Shown: positions 17,818-26,671 of the stretch, in pieces
Position numbering within the stretch: position 1 is the first letter of the stretch
Layout of the letters: every line of letters begins with the position of its first letter
Assembly (NCBI GenBank): GCA_026128965.1
Contig: JAHCIY010000002.1
Location: forward strand, 1,384,108 to 1,448,107
DNA from: Labilithrix sp.
Lineage (GTDB): Bacteria > Myxococcota_A > Polyangia > Polyangiales > Polyangiaceae
Direction of reading: 5' to 3'
Length of the DNA stretch: 64,000 nucleotides
The notes under the pieces: model-generated
The model's input: only the letters and a program-made list of their open reading frames with translations
Database searches by the model: none
Told to the model about the DNA's origin: nothing
Translations under genes and position numbers: made by a program

Positions 17818-18900
17818 TCAGCGGCGGAACACGCGAGCGGTTCGCCGCGCGAGCTCGCGGATCGTGAGCGGGGAGCACCCTTCCGCCGTGTTGCTCACGA
17901 GGACGAAGGCTTCCCCACATCCTGCCTCCGACGCGGCGTGCAGGATCGCGACGACGTCCTCGCGCATCTCTTCCTGCGGCTCGACGACGCGATCGAACGG
18001 GGCGAGCTCCGCCTTCCGCTGCGCGTAGCGCGTGTACGGCGGCAGCATCAGGCGCACGACGACGAACGACGCGGTCGGGCTGCCGGCGCGGAGCTGAAGG
18101 CGCAACGACGGCATCGCCGTCCAGTAGTTGAAGACGTGGGCGACGCCGTTCGCGCGCAGCATGTCGAGCCAGCGCGTCCCGAAGAGCTCGGGGTTGCGCA
18201 GCTCGAACGCGAAGCGATGCCCGGCCGGGAGCGTGGCGATGAACGCGTCGACGCGCGCGACGAAGGCGCGCTCGTCGAAGGTGCCGCTCGGCATCGGCGT
18301 GAGCTCGAACACGAACGGCCCCGTCGCCCCCGCGCGCCGGTAGGGCGCGAGCACGTCGCGCCGGAACGTCTCCGCGTCGAGGAAGGCGGGGTTTCGCGCA
18401 CCGGCGCGCGCGCCGTACCGCGGATGGGAGGGGAACACCGCGGTCGTGACCTCGTCCCAGATCTTCGAGACGACGCGGAAGGGCGGGAGCCCCGGCGCGA
18501 GCGTCTTCGCTTCGTCGACCTGCGCTTTGTACTCCGCGAGGTCCTCGTCGCGGAGCGGCCGGTAGTGCGTGCGGTCCATGCCGACGGTGCGGAGGAGCGG
18601 GTGCTGCGCGTACGCGGCGAGCCCGCGCTGCGCGAGGTCGGTCTCGGAGGGGGTGCCTTTCCAGACGATGCCGGCCCAGCCGGGGAACGACCAGCTGCTC
18701 GATCCGAAGCGGATGAACGACGGGACGCGCGCCGCGAGCGCGCGGTCTTCTTCTTCGACGTGAGGCTCGATGAGGGGCGACGTGTCCCCTGCGAAGAGGC
18801 CGAGCTGGTCGTCGTCCTTCACCACAACAGGCCGGCGAGCGGCCCGTTCTTCGCGGTCTCCTGCACGCGGCCGCCGGCGGGGGCCGGGTTCGGCCACCAT
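17818..18900 (-). CDS. DUF72 (YecE-like) family protein
   Basis: The IRFGSSSWSFPGWAGIVW motif is typical of DUF72. The true start may be a downstream GTG. The upstream part of the 736-aa track ORF is an artefact. Confidence 0.7.
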   Translation of the reverse strand: MVAEPGPRRRPRAGDREERAARRPVVVKDDDQLGLFAGDTSPLIEPHVEEEDRALAARVPSFIRFGSSSWSFPGWAGIVWKGTPSETDLAQRGLAAYAQHPLLRTVGMDRTHYRPLRDEDLAEYKAQVDEAKTLAPGLPPFRVVSKIWDEVTTAVFPSHPRYGARAGARNPAFLDAETFRRDVLAPYRRAGATGPFVFELTPMPSGTFDERAFVARVDAFIATLPAGHRFAFELRNPELFGTRWLDMLRANGVAHVFNYWTAMPSLRLQLRAGSPTASFVVVRLMLPPYTRYAQRKAELAPFDRVVEPQEEMREDVVAILHAASEAGCGEAFVLVSNTAEGCSPLTIRELARRTARVFRR

Positions 18901-19436
18901 TTCTCGCTCGATCCTTGGCGCATCACGGTGAGGCGGAGGAGATCGAGCTCCAGCACCGCGACGACGCCGCGCGCCTGCGCGTCGTTCCCGGCGACCTTGA
19001 GCACGTCGCCGGCGACGGCGAGCTGGAGGCCCCACGGTCCGCCGCCGGTGATGCGCGCGGTGATCGGCCAGCGCCCGTATTCGCCGCGGCCGAACGATCG
19101 CCACGCTGCGCCGGCGTCGAACGCGAGCCCCCAGTCGCCGCGCGCGAAGCCGCCGGTGGCGATGCGGATGGAGAGCCCGAGGTCGGTTCCGAGGCCGAAG
19201 AAGGTGGTGCTCCGGAGCATGCCGCCGAGCACGGCGCGCCGGAGCGGATCGGTCCCCACGCCGAGCCCGAAGCTCGCCGCGCCGGTCTGCCGGAAGCGAT
19301 TCGTCGCGTCGTTGTACTGCGCGCCGTACCCCCCGCCGCCGGAGAGGAACGAGCTCACGTCGGCGCGCGCCGGCGCCGCGTGTAGGATACACGCACCCCC
19401 AAGGATCCCGGCAAAAACACGCGCACGGACGCCCAT
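18819..19436 (-). CDS. Gly-rich secreted protein (possible outer-membrane protein)
   Basis: ATG at 19434-19436. Signal peptide MGVRARVFAGILGGACILHAAPARA. Gly/aromatic-rich. The 3' end overlaps the annotated DUF72 start in another frame. Confidence 0.45.
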   Translation of the reverse strand: MGVRARVFAGILGGACILHAAPARADVSSFLSGGGGYGAQYNDATNRFRQTGAASFGLGVGTDPLRRAVLGGMLRSTTFFGLGTDLGLSIRIATGGFARGDWGLAFDAGAAWRSFGRGEYGRWPITARITGGGPWGLQLAVAGDVLKVAGNDAQARGVVAVLELDLLRLTVMRQGSSEKWWPNPAPAGGRVQETAKNGPLAGLLW

Positions 19437-19739
19437 GACGACGAAGACTCGTACTTCGCCAAAGCACCGACCGCAAGCTGCTACGCTCCCACGATGCCCC
19501 GACCCCAAGGCAACCGCAGCCGCGCAGGGGCAGCGTCGCGCGCAGGGGCGTCGCCGCGCGTTGGGGCGGCGTCGCCGCTGGAGTCGAAGCCGCGGGTTGG
19601 GGCGGTGTTGTCGTTGGAGCTTGGGTTGGTTGCGGGGGCGTTGACGTCGGTGCGCGGTGGGGCGGAGCGGGCTTCGGCGGAGGCGCTGGCGTGTGGTGGG
19701 CGCGCCGTCGTCTCGCTTGCGGATGCAGCCGTTGCGGGG

Positions 19740-20645
19740 GTGCGCGAGCGGCGCAGGCTCTTGCTGCGCGGCGCTGGTGTCGCGCTCGCGGTGGTGCTCT
19801 TCGCAGGAATGGGCGACGCCGCGCCCGCGCGCGACGCCGCGTCCGCGCGCGATGACGCGTCCGCGCGCGATGACGCGTCCGCGCGCGATGACGCGCCGTC
19901 GTCGTCTGCCTCGATCGACGCGCCGACTTCCACCAATGCGCCCGCGAGCGAGGCGGTCGCCGAAGTCCCGGCGCCGTCACTGCCCGCGAGCGAGCGTGCC
20001 GACGTCGACGTCGCAGCGGAGCCGCCACCTGTCGACGTCGCGGAGGAGGTGCCCACGACCGCGGAGCCCGCCGAGCCGAGGCCGTGGGGTGAGGCGCTCT
20101 CGACGGTGAGCGTCACGAACCAGAACACGGAGGCCCACGCCGATCTCCGGCTCTACAGCGATCACGGCTCGCTGGAGCTCACGGCGTTGAAGGAGCTCAT
20201 GCGCGTGGCCGCCAGCGTCGCCGACGCGCCGGATCAGGAGAATGGCGAGGTCGCCGAGCCGCTCGACGCGCGGCTCGTGCAGCTCGTGTTCCGCGCCTCG
20301 TATCACTTCGGCGGCGCGCCGATCGTCGTCGTGAGCGCGCGGCGCAGGGGCGCGCACGGCAAACACGGATCCGGCGAGGCGCTCGACTTCAAGCTCGAAG
20401 GCGTCACCGCGTCCGCGCTCGCGAGGTACGTGCGGACGTACCCGCGCGCGGGCATTGGAATCTACACGCATCCGAAGACGCAATACGTGCACGTCGACGT
20501 CCGCGAGCGGAGCTACCACTGGGTCGACGGCTCGCCGCCGGGCGTCACATGGCGCGAGCGGCTGCTCGCCGACCCGACGCAAGAGGCACGCGACGCCTCA
20601 TACGTCGGCACGATGGACCTGCCGGAGACAGCGAGCGAACGCTGA
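19740..20645 (+). CDS. DUF882 / peptidase M15A-like (YcbK-family) protein
   Basis: HGKHGSGEALDFKLEGV…YVHVDVR is characteristic of DUF882. GTG start chosen before the hydrophobic segment. Contains an (ASARDD)x3 repeat. The track ORF starts at 19494. Confidence 0.65.
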   Translation: MRERRRLLLRGAGVALAVVLFAGMGDAAPARDAASARDDASARDDASARDDAPSSSASIDAPTSTNAPASEAVAEVPAPSLPASERADVDVAAEPPPVDVAEEVPTTAEPAEPRPWGEALSTVSVTNQNTEAHADLRLYSDHGSLELTALKELMRVAASVADAPDQENGEVAEPLDARLVQLVFRASYHFGGAPIVVVSARRRGAHGKHGSGEALDFKLEGVTASALARYVRTYPRAGIGIYTHPKTQYVHVDVRERSYHWVDGSPPGVTWRERLLADPTQEARDASYVGTMDLPETASER

Positions 20646-20728
20646 TCGTTCGCCGTCCGCACCGACGCGGCCGAGCGCGGGGTGATCGGCTCGAGCACGC
20701 GCGGCGCGCGCCGGCGACGGCTCGAGCG

Positions 20729-21442
20729 TCAGCCTTCGCGGAGGCGGCGGGCCTGCTCTTGCACCGCGCGCACGCGGTCGACGACCTGCGCGATCGACTC
20801 GCGATGGAAGAGGAGCGTGTTGTGCCCGCACTTGGGGAGCACGACGACGTCGCCGCGCGGGAAGACCGCGCTCTCGGCGGGGACGACCATGATGTCGCCG
20901 TCGCCGACGAAGGACGTGTGCGGGACGTCGTGCACGTGCGCGCGCTCGCGGAGGCGCGCGAGCAGCGGCGAGCGATGCGAGAGATCGCGGCCGACGAGGA
21001 AGGGGAAGGGATGGGCCCGCGTGGTGCCGCCGAACGGCGAGCCGAGCGAGATCGTCTGCGCGACGCGCGTGTGGCCGCCGAGCTCCTGCACGTAGTGGCG
21101 CGCGACGAGGCCGCCGAGGCTGTGCCCGATGAGATGCACGCGGCACCCCGCCGGCACGCGCTCGACGAGGCGCGCGAGGCTCCGCGCGATGCGGTCGACG
21201 CCGACGCCGGGCGCGTGCGAGAAGCTCGCGACCTGCGCGCCGGTGCCGTACGCGAGCGCGCGCTTCATCGGACGCCACACGCCCGCGCTCGCGAAGAAGC
21301 CGTGCACCATCACGATGACGTCGTCCTCGTGCTTGAGACCCGCCGGCACCGACGGCGCGATGTCGCGCGGCATGAGGACCACTTCGCGGAACGTCGAGAT
21401 GGTCTCCGTCACGTGCTGGCGCAGGGTGGCGGGTGTCATCAT
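20729..21442 (-). CDS. Alpha/beta hydrolase (lipase/esterase-like, GHSLGG motif)
   Basis: VIVMVHGFFASAGVW and GHSLGGLVARHY. Confidence 0.75.
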   Translation of the reverse strand: MMTPATLRQHVTETISTFREVVLMPRDIAPSVPAGLKHEDDVIVMVHGFFASAGVWRPMKRALAYGTGAQVASFSHAPGVGVDRIARSLARLVERVPAGCRVHLIGHSLGGLVARHYVQELGGHTRVAQTISLGSPFGGTTRAHPFPFLVGRDLSHRSPLLARLRERAHVHDVPHTSFVGDGDIMVVPAESAVFPRGDVVVLPKCGHNTLLFHRESIAQVVDRVRAVQEQARRLREG

Positions 21443-21504
21443 GCGGCAGTCCCTCAAGAAGAAGCATGATCCGTGCGGACGGTGCAACTATAGGGTGCGT
21501 CTCG

Positions 21505-21987
21505 ATGCCGCTTACGCCCACCCACACGATCGCGGTGACCGTCGCCGACGGCGACATCGACGAGCTCGAGCACGCGAACAACGTGGCCTACGTGCGCTGG
21601 CTGCAAGACGTCGCCGTCGCGCACTCCGCCGCGGTGGGCCTCGACTTCGAGGCGTACCGGCGCATCGGCGGCGTGTTCGTCGTGCGGCGCCAGGAGATCG
21701 ACTACCTGCGTCCCGTCGTTCGCGGCGCGCGTCTCGAGGTGCGCACCTGGATCGACAGCGCGATGGCGGCGAAGTGCGTCCGCGCGACCGAGATCGTCGA
21801 CGAGCACGGCACGACCGTCCTTCGCGCCAAGACGACGTGGGGCTACGTCGACCTCGCGACCGCACGTCCCGCCCGCATCCCGCAAGCGATCCGCGACGCC
21901 TTCATGTTCGGACGCGGCCCCGAATCACGCGACGCCGAACCGCGCGACGCCGAAGCGCGCGCCGCCGAAGCGTGCGACGACGCGTGA
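21505..21987 (+). CDS. Acyl-CoA thioesterase, hotdog fold (YbgC/4HBT-like)
   Basis: ELEHANNVAYVRWLQD…VFVVRRQEIDYLRP is a typical 4HBT pattern. Divergent from the hydrolase gene. Confidence 0.75.
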   Translation: MPLTPTHTIAVTVADGDIDELEHANNVAYVRWLQDVAVAHSAAVGLDFEAYRRIGGVFVVRRQEIDYLRPVVRGARLEVRTWIDSAMAAKCVRATEIVDEHGTTVLRAKTTWGYVDLATARPARIPQAIRDAFMFGRGPESRDAEPRDAEARAAEACDDA

Positions 21988-21990
21988 CCG

Positions 21991-22584
21991 TCAGGAGCCG
22001 CAGTTCTCGAAGCGGAAGCGCGCCGAGAGGGTGCATGTCTGCGCGGGATCGCCTGCGTCGAGCTCGCCGCGCAGCGCGAGCGGGCACGTCACCGTCGCCC
22101 ACGCGCGGCCGCCGGCGGCGCCCTCGAGGTCGCTGAGGTACGCGAGCCGGCAGCCGCCGTTCTGCGCGTACGTCGCGGCGCCGGGCGGACCGGCGCCGAA
22201 GAGCGCGACGCGGAGGTCCGGGAGCGCGACCCCGTCCGGGTTCGCCTGCTTGTCGTACGCCGCGGGGAACCTGCCGTCGACGAGGAACCAGCGCTCGCCG
22301 TTCACGTACGTCTCGCCGTGGATCGTGAACGTCGCGTCGCCGTTGTCGCGCACCGTGCAGACGACGCCCGTGCCCCCCGTTCCGTCGGTGACCGGCGCCG
22401 GCGCGTCGCCGTCCACGCCGAAGCTCCCGACGTTGCGGAGCGAGCCGGGCAGCGCGCACGTGTTGTCCGGCCCCTGGTCGAGCCGCGCGTCGAGGATCGC
22501 CTGCGCGTCCGCCTTGCCCGTCACGCCGCCCGCCGAGCACGCGATCGCCGCGACGCTCACGAACAGGACGCTCGATCGACTCAT
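21991..22584 (-). CDS. Lipoprotein with C-terminal FRFENC motif
   Basis: Lipobox AAIACS. C-terminus …CTLSARFRFENCGS is shared with 26036..26623. Confidence 0.65.
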   Translation of the reverse strand: MSRSSVLFVSVAAIACSAGGVTGKADAQAILDARLDQGPDNTCALPGSLRNVGSFGVDGDAPAPVTDGTGGTGVVCTVRDNGDATFTIHGETYVNGERWFLVDGRFPAAYDKQANPDGVALPDLRVALFGAGPPGAATYAQNGGCRLAYLSDLEGAAGGRAWATVTCPLALRGELDAGDPAQTCTLSARFRFENCGS

Positions 22585-24593
22585 CGCGCGAGCTTATCGC
22601 GCTCGATCGTCGCCGGCGATGCGGCGCGGGGCCGTTCGAGCCAGACATGGTAGTCGCGGTACTCGCCGTCGTGCGCCTCGAGCGTGATGCGCTCGCCCGC
22701 GGTCACGCCGTCGAGCGTCGCGGTCGCGCTGCGCCACGCGCCGTCCGCCGGCGGCTCGAGCTCGAGCTCCTTCGTCGCGCGCGCCGACCGCAGCGTGATG
22801 CCGCGCGCGGCGGCGTCGATCCGCACGCGGAGCAGGAGCGCACCGGGTTCGCTCGCCCGAACGACGAACGACTCGCGCGCGCCGTTCGGGATCGTGCGCC
22901 CGCCGTCGAAGCGGCCCGCGCGGACGTCGAGCGTCGTCCATCCTCCGTGCGGGAGCGGCGGCGTGTAGTCGTGCGCGGCCTCGTCGACGACGTCGGCCAC
23001 GTCGAGCTCGTCGACGACGTCCGCCGCGCGCGGCCCCGGCACGTCGAGCGCGCTCCAGTCCGCGCGGTAGATGCCCTTCGTCGTGCCCCCGCAGATGACG
23101 TTGTCGTCGATCGTGACGCGATCGATCTCCACCCCGAACCGCGAGGTGAGGTTCGAGAACCAGTTCGGGTAGAGCGCGAGGTGGGTGGGGCGCGCGGAGG
23201 GATCGAGCCGCTCGATCAGCTCGATCACCGCCGCCTCGCCGTGGACCGCCGCGCGCACGAACGGCACGCCGCGGTAGCCGCCGAGCCCGAGCGCGTCGAT
23301 CGCCCCGCGCTCCGACACGTACGGGATCGCGCCAGCGTCGCCGAGGAGCACGCGCGCGCCGGCGGGGAACGCCGCGACGCGCGCCCCGACCTCGACGTGT
23401 TGATCGCGGATGTTCGCGCTCGCGGAGCGGAAGTGCTTCACCTGCCCCGGCACCTTCGGCGCCGCGACGCCGATCGCGGCGAGCGCGATCGCGGCGGCGA
23501 GGGCGCGCCTTCGCACGCTCGCGATCGCGAACGACGCGGCGATCCCCACGAGGAGCAGCGCCGGCGCGTAGTAGCGGAAGTTGTGGTACGGCGCGTTGCC
23601 GTTCCAGGTCACGAGCGCCGTCCACGCGATCGCCGACGTCACGCACGCCGCCGCGAGCGCGCGCCGCTCGCGACGGACGAGCGCGAGCACGGCGAGGAGC
23701 GGCAGCACGAAGAGGAGCTTCGGCGTGACCGCGAGCTCGCCGCGCACGACCTTGACCCAGAACGTGATCAGGTTCTCGACGAAGGCGCGCGCGCGCTCCT
23801 CGTCGGAGAGGAACGGGTTCGACGAGAGCAGCTTCAACGCCGCGCCGGCCGAGCGCGCGTCGCCGGTCGCGAGCCGGTTCGCGGCGAGCACGCCGCCGAT
23901 CGCGATCGCCCCCGGCGCGGCCGCGCGCGCGAGCGCGACGAGACCGCTCCGCGCGCCCGCCCCTCGCGCGGCGATCACGGCGAAGACCGCGACAAGGACG
24001 ACCGCCTCCGGACGGAGCAGCACGAGCGCCGCGCCCCAGAGCCCGAGCGTCCATTGCCGCCGTTCGCGCGTCGGTCCGCCGCGCGTGCTCGCGCGCGTCG
24101 CGGCGAGCGCCTCGAGCGCGCGGCCGATCGCCGCCGCGAAGAGCGCGACCTCCATCCCGCTGAAGAGCGCCCAGTCGACGACGCCGATCGAGAGCGGCAC
24201 GAGCGCGAGGAGCCAGGCGAGCCACGGCGGGCACGGACGCACGAGCCGCCGCACCGATCCGAGGAGCGAGGCGACCGACGCCACCGCGACGATCGCCGCC
24301 CACACCCCGAGCGCGCGCCCGCGGAAGCCGGCCAGCCATCCGAGCGCGAGCGCGAGCGCGTAGAGCGGCGACGTCTCGCCCGACGAGTACCCTTGTCCCG
24401 CGATCCACTCGAACGGATGCCCCTGCCCGAGCGAGCGCGCGTAGTCGAAGTGGATGTACACGTCGTCGAGCGGGGCAGGGAACCAGCCGCGACCGGCGGG
24501 GAGCGCGGGCACCCAGAAGGCGGCGCCGAGCGCGAGCGCGAGGACGACGCCCCACGGCTCGATTCGTGTGGTCTGCCCGCGGCCGGCCGCCAT
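22581..24593 (-). CDS. Polytopic membrane protein, putative GT-C-type glycosyltransferase (ArnT/PMT-like) with C-terminal periplasmic domain
   Basis: At least ten hydrophobic helices in the first ~400 aa, followed by a soluble ~250-aa domain. The function is inferred only from topology. Confidence 0.6.
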   Translation of the reverse strand: MAAGRGQTTRIEPWGVVLALALGAAFWVPALPAGRGWFPAPLDDVYIHFDYARSLGQGHPFEWIAGQGYSSGETSPLYALALALGWLAGFRGRALGVWAAIVAVASVASLLGSVRRLVRPCPPWLAWLLALVPLSIGVVDWALFSGMEVALFAAAIGRALEALAATRASTRGGPTRERRQWTLGLWGAALVLLRPEAVVLVAVFAVIAARGAGARSGLVALARAAAPGAIAIGGVLAANRLATGDARSAGAALKLLSSNPFLSDEERARAFVENLITFWVKVVRGELAVTPKLLFVLPLLAVLALVRRERRALAAACVTSAIAWTALVTWNGNAPYHNFRYYAPALLLVGIAASFAIASVRRRALAAAIALAAIGVAAPKVPGQVKHFRSASANIRDQHVEVGARVAAFPAGARVLLGDAGAIPYVSERGAIDALGLGGYRGVPFVRAAVHGEAAVIELIERLDPSARPTHLALYPNWFSNLTSRFGVEIDRVTIDDNVICGGTTKGIYRADWSALDVPGPRAADVVDELDVADVVDEAAHDYTPPLPHGGWTTLDVRAGRFDGGRTIPNGARESFVVRASEPGALLLRVRIDAAARGITLRSARATKELELEPPADGAWRSATATLDGVTAGERITLEAHDGEYRDYHVWLERPRAASPATIERDKLAR

Positions 24594-24619
24594 CTCGCGC
24601 TACACTAGTCGCCTACGTC

Positions 24620-25114
24620 ATGGAGCGCGACGCCGCGAAGTGGGCCGCAGTCGAAGAAGCCACCGAGCTCCTCCACGAGGAGCGTTACAAGGAGGCGCTC
24701 GAGGAGCTCCGCGCCGTCCTCGCGAAGGATCCGGAGAACCACTACGCGTATTTCTACCTCGGCCAGACCTTCTACGAGATCGGCGAGATGCCGCCGGCGC
24801 GCGACGCGTACCAAGCGGCGCTCAAGCTCGCGCCGCAGCACCTCGGCGCGCGCGTCGCGCTCACGCACGTGCTGCGGAAGCTCGGCGAGTCGCGCGGGGC
24901 GGTCGCGGAGGGCCTCGTCGCGCTCGAGCAAGCGCCGACCGACGGCGAGGTGCTCTACGCGCTCGGCCTCGCGTACCTCGCGCGCGGCGACGACGTCTCC
25001 GCGCGTCGCCACCTCGAGGCGTTCCTCCGATCGAAGCCGGAGCTCGAGACGCGGATGGAGGTCGAGGGCCTCCTGATGAGCATGGACGGCGGGCCGGGGC
25101 GGCAGCCGAATTGA
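24620..25114 (+). CDS. TPR-repeat protein
   Basis: TPR consensus (YKEALEELRAVLAKDPENHYAYFYLGQTFYEIGEMPPARDAYQAALKLAP…). ATG at 24620. Confidence 0.7.
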   Translation: MERDAAKWAAVEEATELLHEERYKEALEELRAVLAKDPENHYAYFYLGQTFYEIGEMPPARDAYQAALKLAPQHLGARVALTHVLRKLGESRGAVAEGLVALEQAPTDGEVLYALGLAYLARGDDVSARRHLEAFLRSKPELETRMEVEGLLMSMDGGPGRQPN

Positions 25115-26073
25115 CGCTCCGTCCGGCGATCGTCGGCGGAGCTCCGTCGGACGCGTCGCAGGACGCCGTCGTCTTCCTCTTCCACTACGACGCCGCCGCC
25201 GATCGCGCGACCCCGTGCACCGGCACGCTCGTCGCGCCGCGGCTCGTGCTCACCGCGCGTCACTGCGTCTCGGCCGGCGGCGGCGGCGCGATCGCGTGCA
25301 CGAGCGACGGCACGCAGCTCGGGGGCGGCGCGATCGGCGCCGACTTCGCCGCGCCCGACATCCACGTCTACGCTGGCCGCGAGCGCCCGCCCTTCACGCG
25401 CCAGGCGCCGCGCGACATCGATCCGGCGCGCTGGACGCCGGCGGCGCGGGGCGCGGCGCTGTTCCACGACGGCGCGCGCACGCTCTGCGATCACGACCTC
25501 GCGCTCGTCCTCCTCGACGCGCCGATCGCGGACGTCCCGCTCGCGCCGCTCCGCCTCGATCGCGACGCGCGCGCCGGCGAGCTCGTCGTCGCGATCGGGT
25601 ACGGCAAGGCGTCCGCCGAGTACGAGCCCGCGCGGCAAGAGCGGCGCGACGTGCCGGTGAAGAAGGTCGGACCCGACGACGCGCACCCGGTCCTCGGCCG
25701 GAGCGAGCTCGCGTTCCCGGAGTCGATCTGCGAGGGCGACAGCGGCGGTCCGCTCCTCGCGCAGGACTCCGGCGCGATCGTCGGGATCGTGTCGCGCGGC
25801 GTCACCGGCGATCCGGTCCCCGATCGCCCGGGCGATCACTGCCTCGACGTCGACAACATCGCGACGAAGCTCCCGCCCTTCCGCGGCGTGATCGATCGCG
25901 CGTTCCAGGCCGCGGGCGCGACCCCGCTCGAGGAGCCGGAGCCGCCGGGAGGGTGCTTCGAATGTGCGGCCGCGCGCGGGCACGCCGCGCCGGATCTCGC
26001 GCTCGTGCTCGCGACGGTGATCGTCCTCTACGTCGTTACTGCGCGCAGTTCTCGAAGCGGAACTGCGCGGTGA
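25111..26073 (+). CDS. Trypsin-like (S1 family) serine protease with C-terminal hydrophobic anchor
   Basis: IVGG mature-like N-terminus. Catalytic motifs TARHC, DLALVLLD and GDSGGPL. Putative TTG start overlapping the TPR stop (TTGA). No signal peptide. C-terminal LALVLATVIVLYVV. Confidence 0.65.
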   Translation: MTLRPAIVGGAPSDASQDAVVFLFHYDAAADRATPCTGTLVAPRLVLTARHCVSAGGGGAIACTSDGTQLGGGAIGADFAAPDIHVYAGRERPPFTRQAPRDIDPARWTPAARGAALFHDGARTLCDHDLALVLLDAPIADVPLAPLRLDRDARAGELVVAIGYGKASAEYEPARQERRDVPVKKVGPDDAHPVLGRSELAFPESICEGDSGGPLLAQDSGAIVGIVSRGVTGDPVPDRPGDHCLDVDNIATKLPPFRGVIDRAFQAAGATPLEEPEPPGGCFECAAARGHAAPDLALVLATVIVLYVVTARSSRSGTAR

Positions 26074-26623
26074 CGCGGCACGCGCGGTTGTCGTCCGACG
26101 TGTTGATCGCGTTCGGGCAGTCGATCTCCGCCCAGACGCGCCCCGCCGCGACGCCCATGCCGTCCGTGTAGCGCGCGATGCAGCCGCGATCGCGCTGGTC
26201 GTAGCCGTTGGCGGAGCGCTTGGCGCTCGCGATGACGCGGAGGTCCGTCTGCTCGCCCGTCGTCTTGAACTTGCCTTCGAGCTTGAAGAGGCCGCCCGTC
26301 GCGCCGGAGAGGTTCACCGTGGCGTCGACCGCGAACTCGTCGGTGCCGGACGGGACGACGGAGCACGCGATGCTGACGGTGCCCTGCCCCGCGGCCTCGC
26401 CGTCCTTGACCGGCTTCGAGGGCAGGTTCGCGCCCGGGTTTCCGAACTCGCCGACCTCGAAGAGCGGCCCGCTGTCGCGACAGTCCTTGCCGGTGGCCTG
26501 CTGAACGTCGCCCGAGAACACGACCTGCGGCGTCGCCTTCTCGTCTTCGCCACACCCGGCGCCGAGGATGACGATGGCGGAGCAACAGAGGAAGCTGACA
26601 ATCGCGTGGGTGGCACGGAACAT
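26036..26623 (-). CDS. Lipoprotein with C-terminal FRFENC motif (paralog)
   Basis: MFRATHAIVSFLCCSAIVILGAGC lipobox. C-terminus …CRVTAQFRFENCAQ. Confidence 0.65.
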   Translation of the reverse strand: MFRATHAIVSFLCCSAIVILGAGCGEDEKATPQVVFSGDVQQATGKDCRDSGPLFEVGEFGNPGANLPSKPVKDGEAAGQGTVSIACSVVPSGTDEFAVDATVNLSGATGGLFKLEGKFKTTGEQTDLRVIASAKRSANGYDQRDRGCIARYTDGMGVAAGRVWAEIDCPNAINTSDDNRACRVTAQFRFENCAQ

Positions 26624-26671
26624 CGGAGACTCCGGAAGTAAGAGAGGATCGAACGTTAGCACGAAGCCGTC

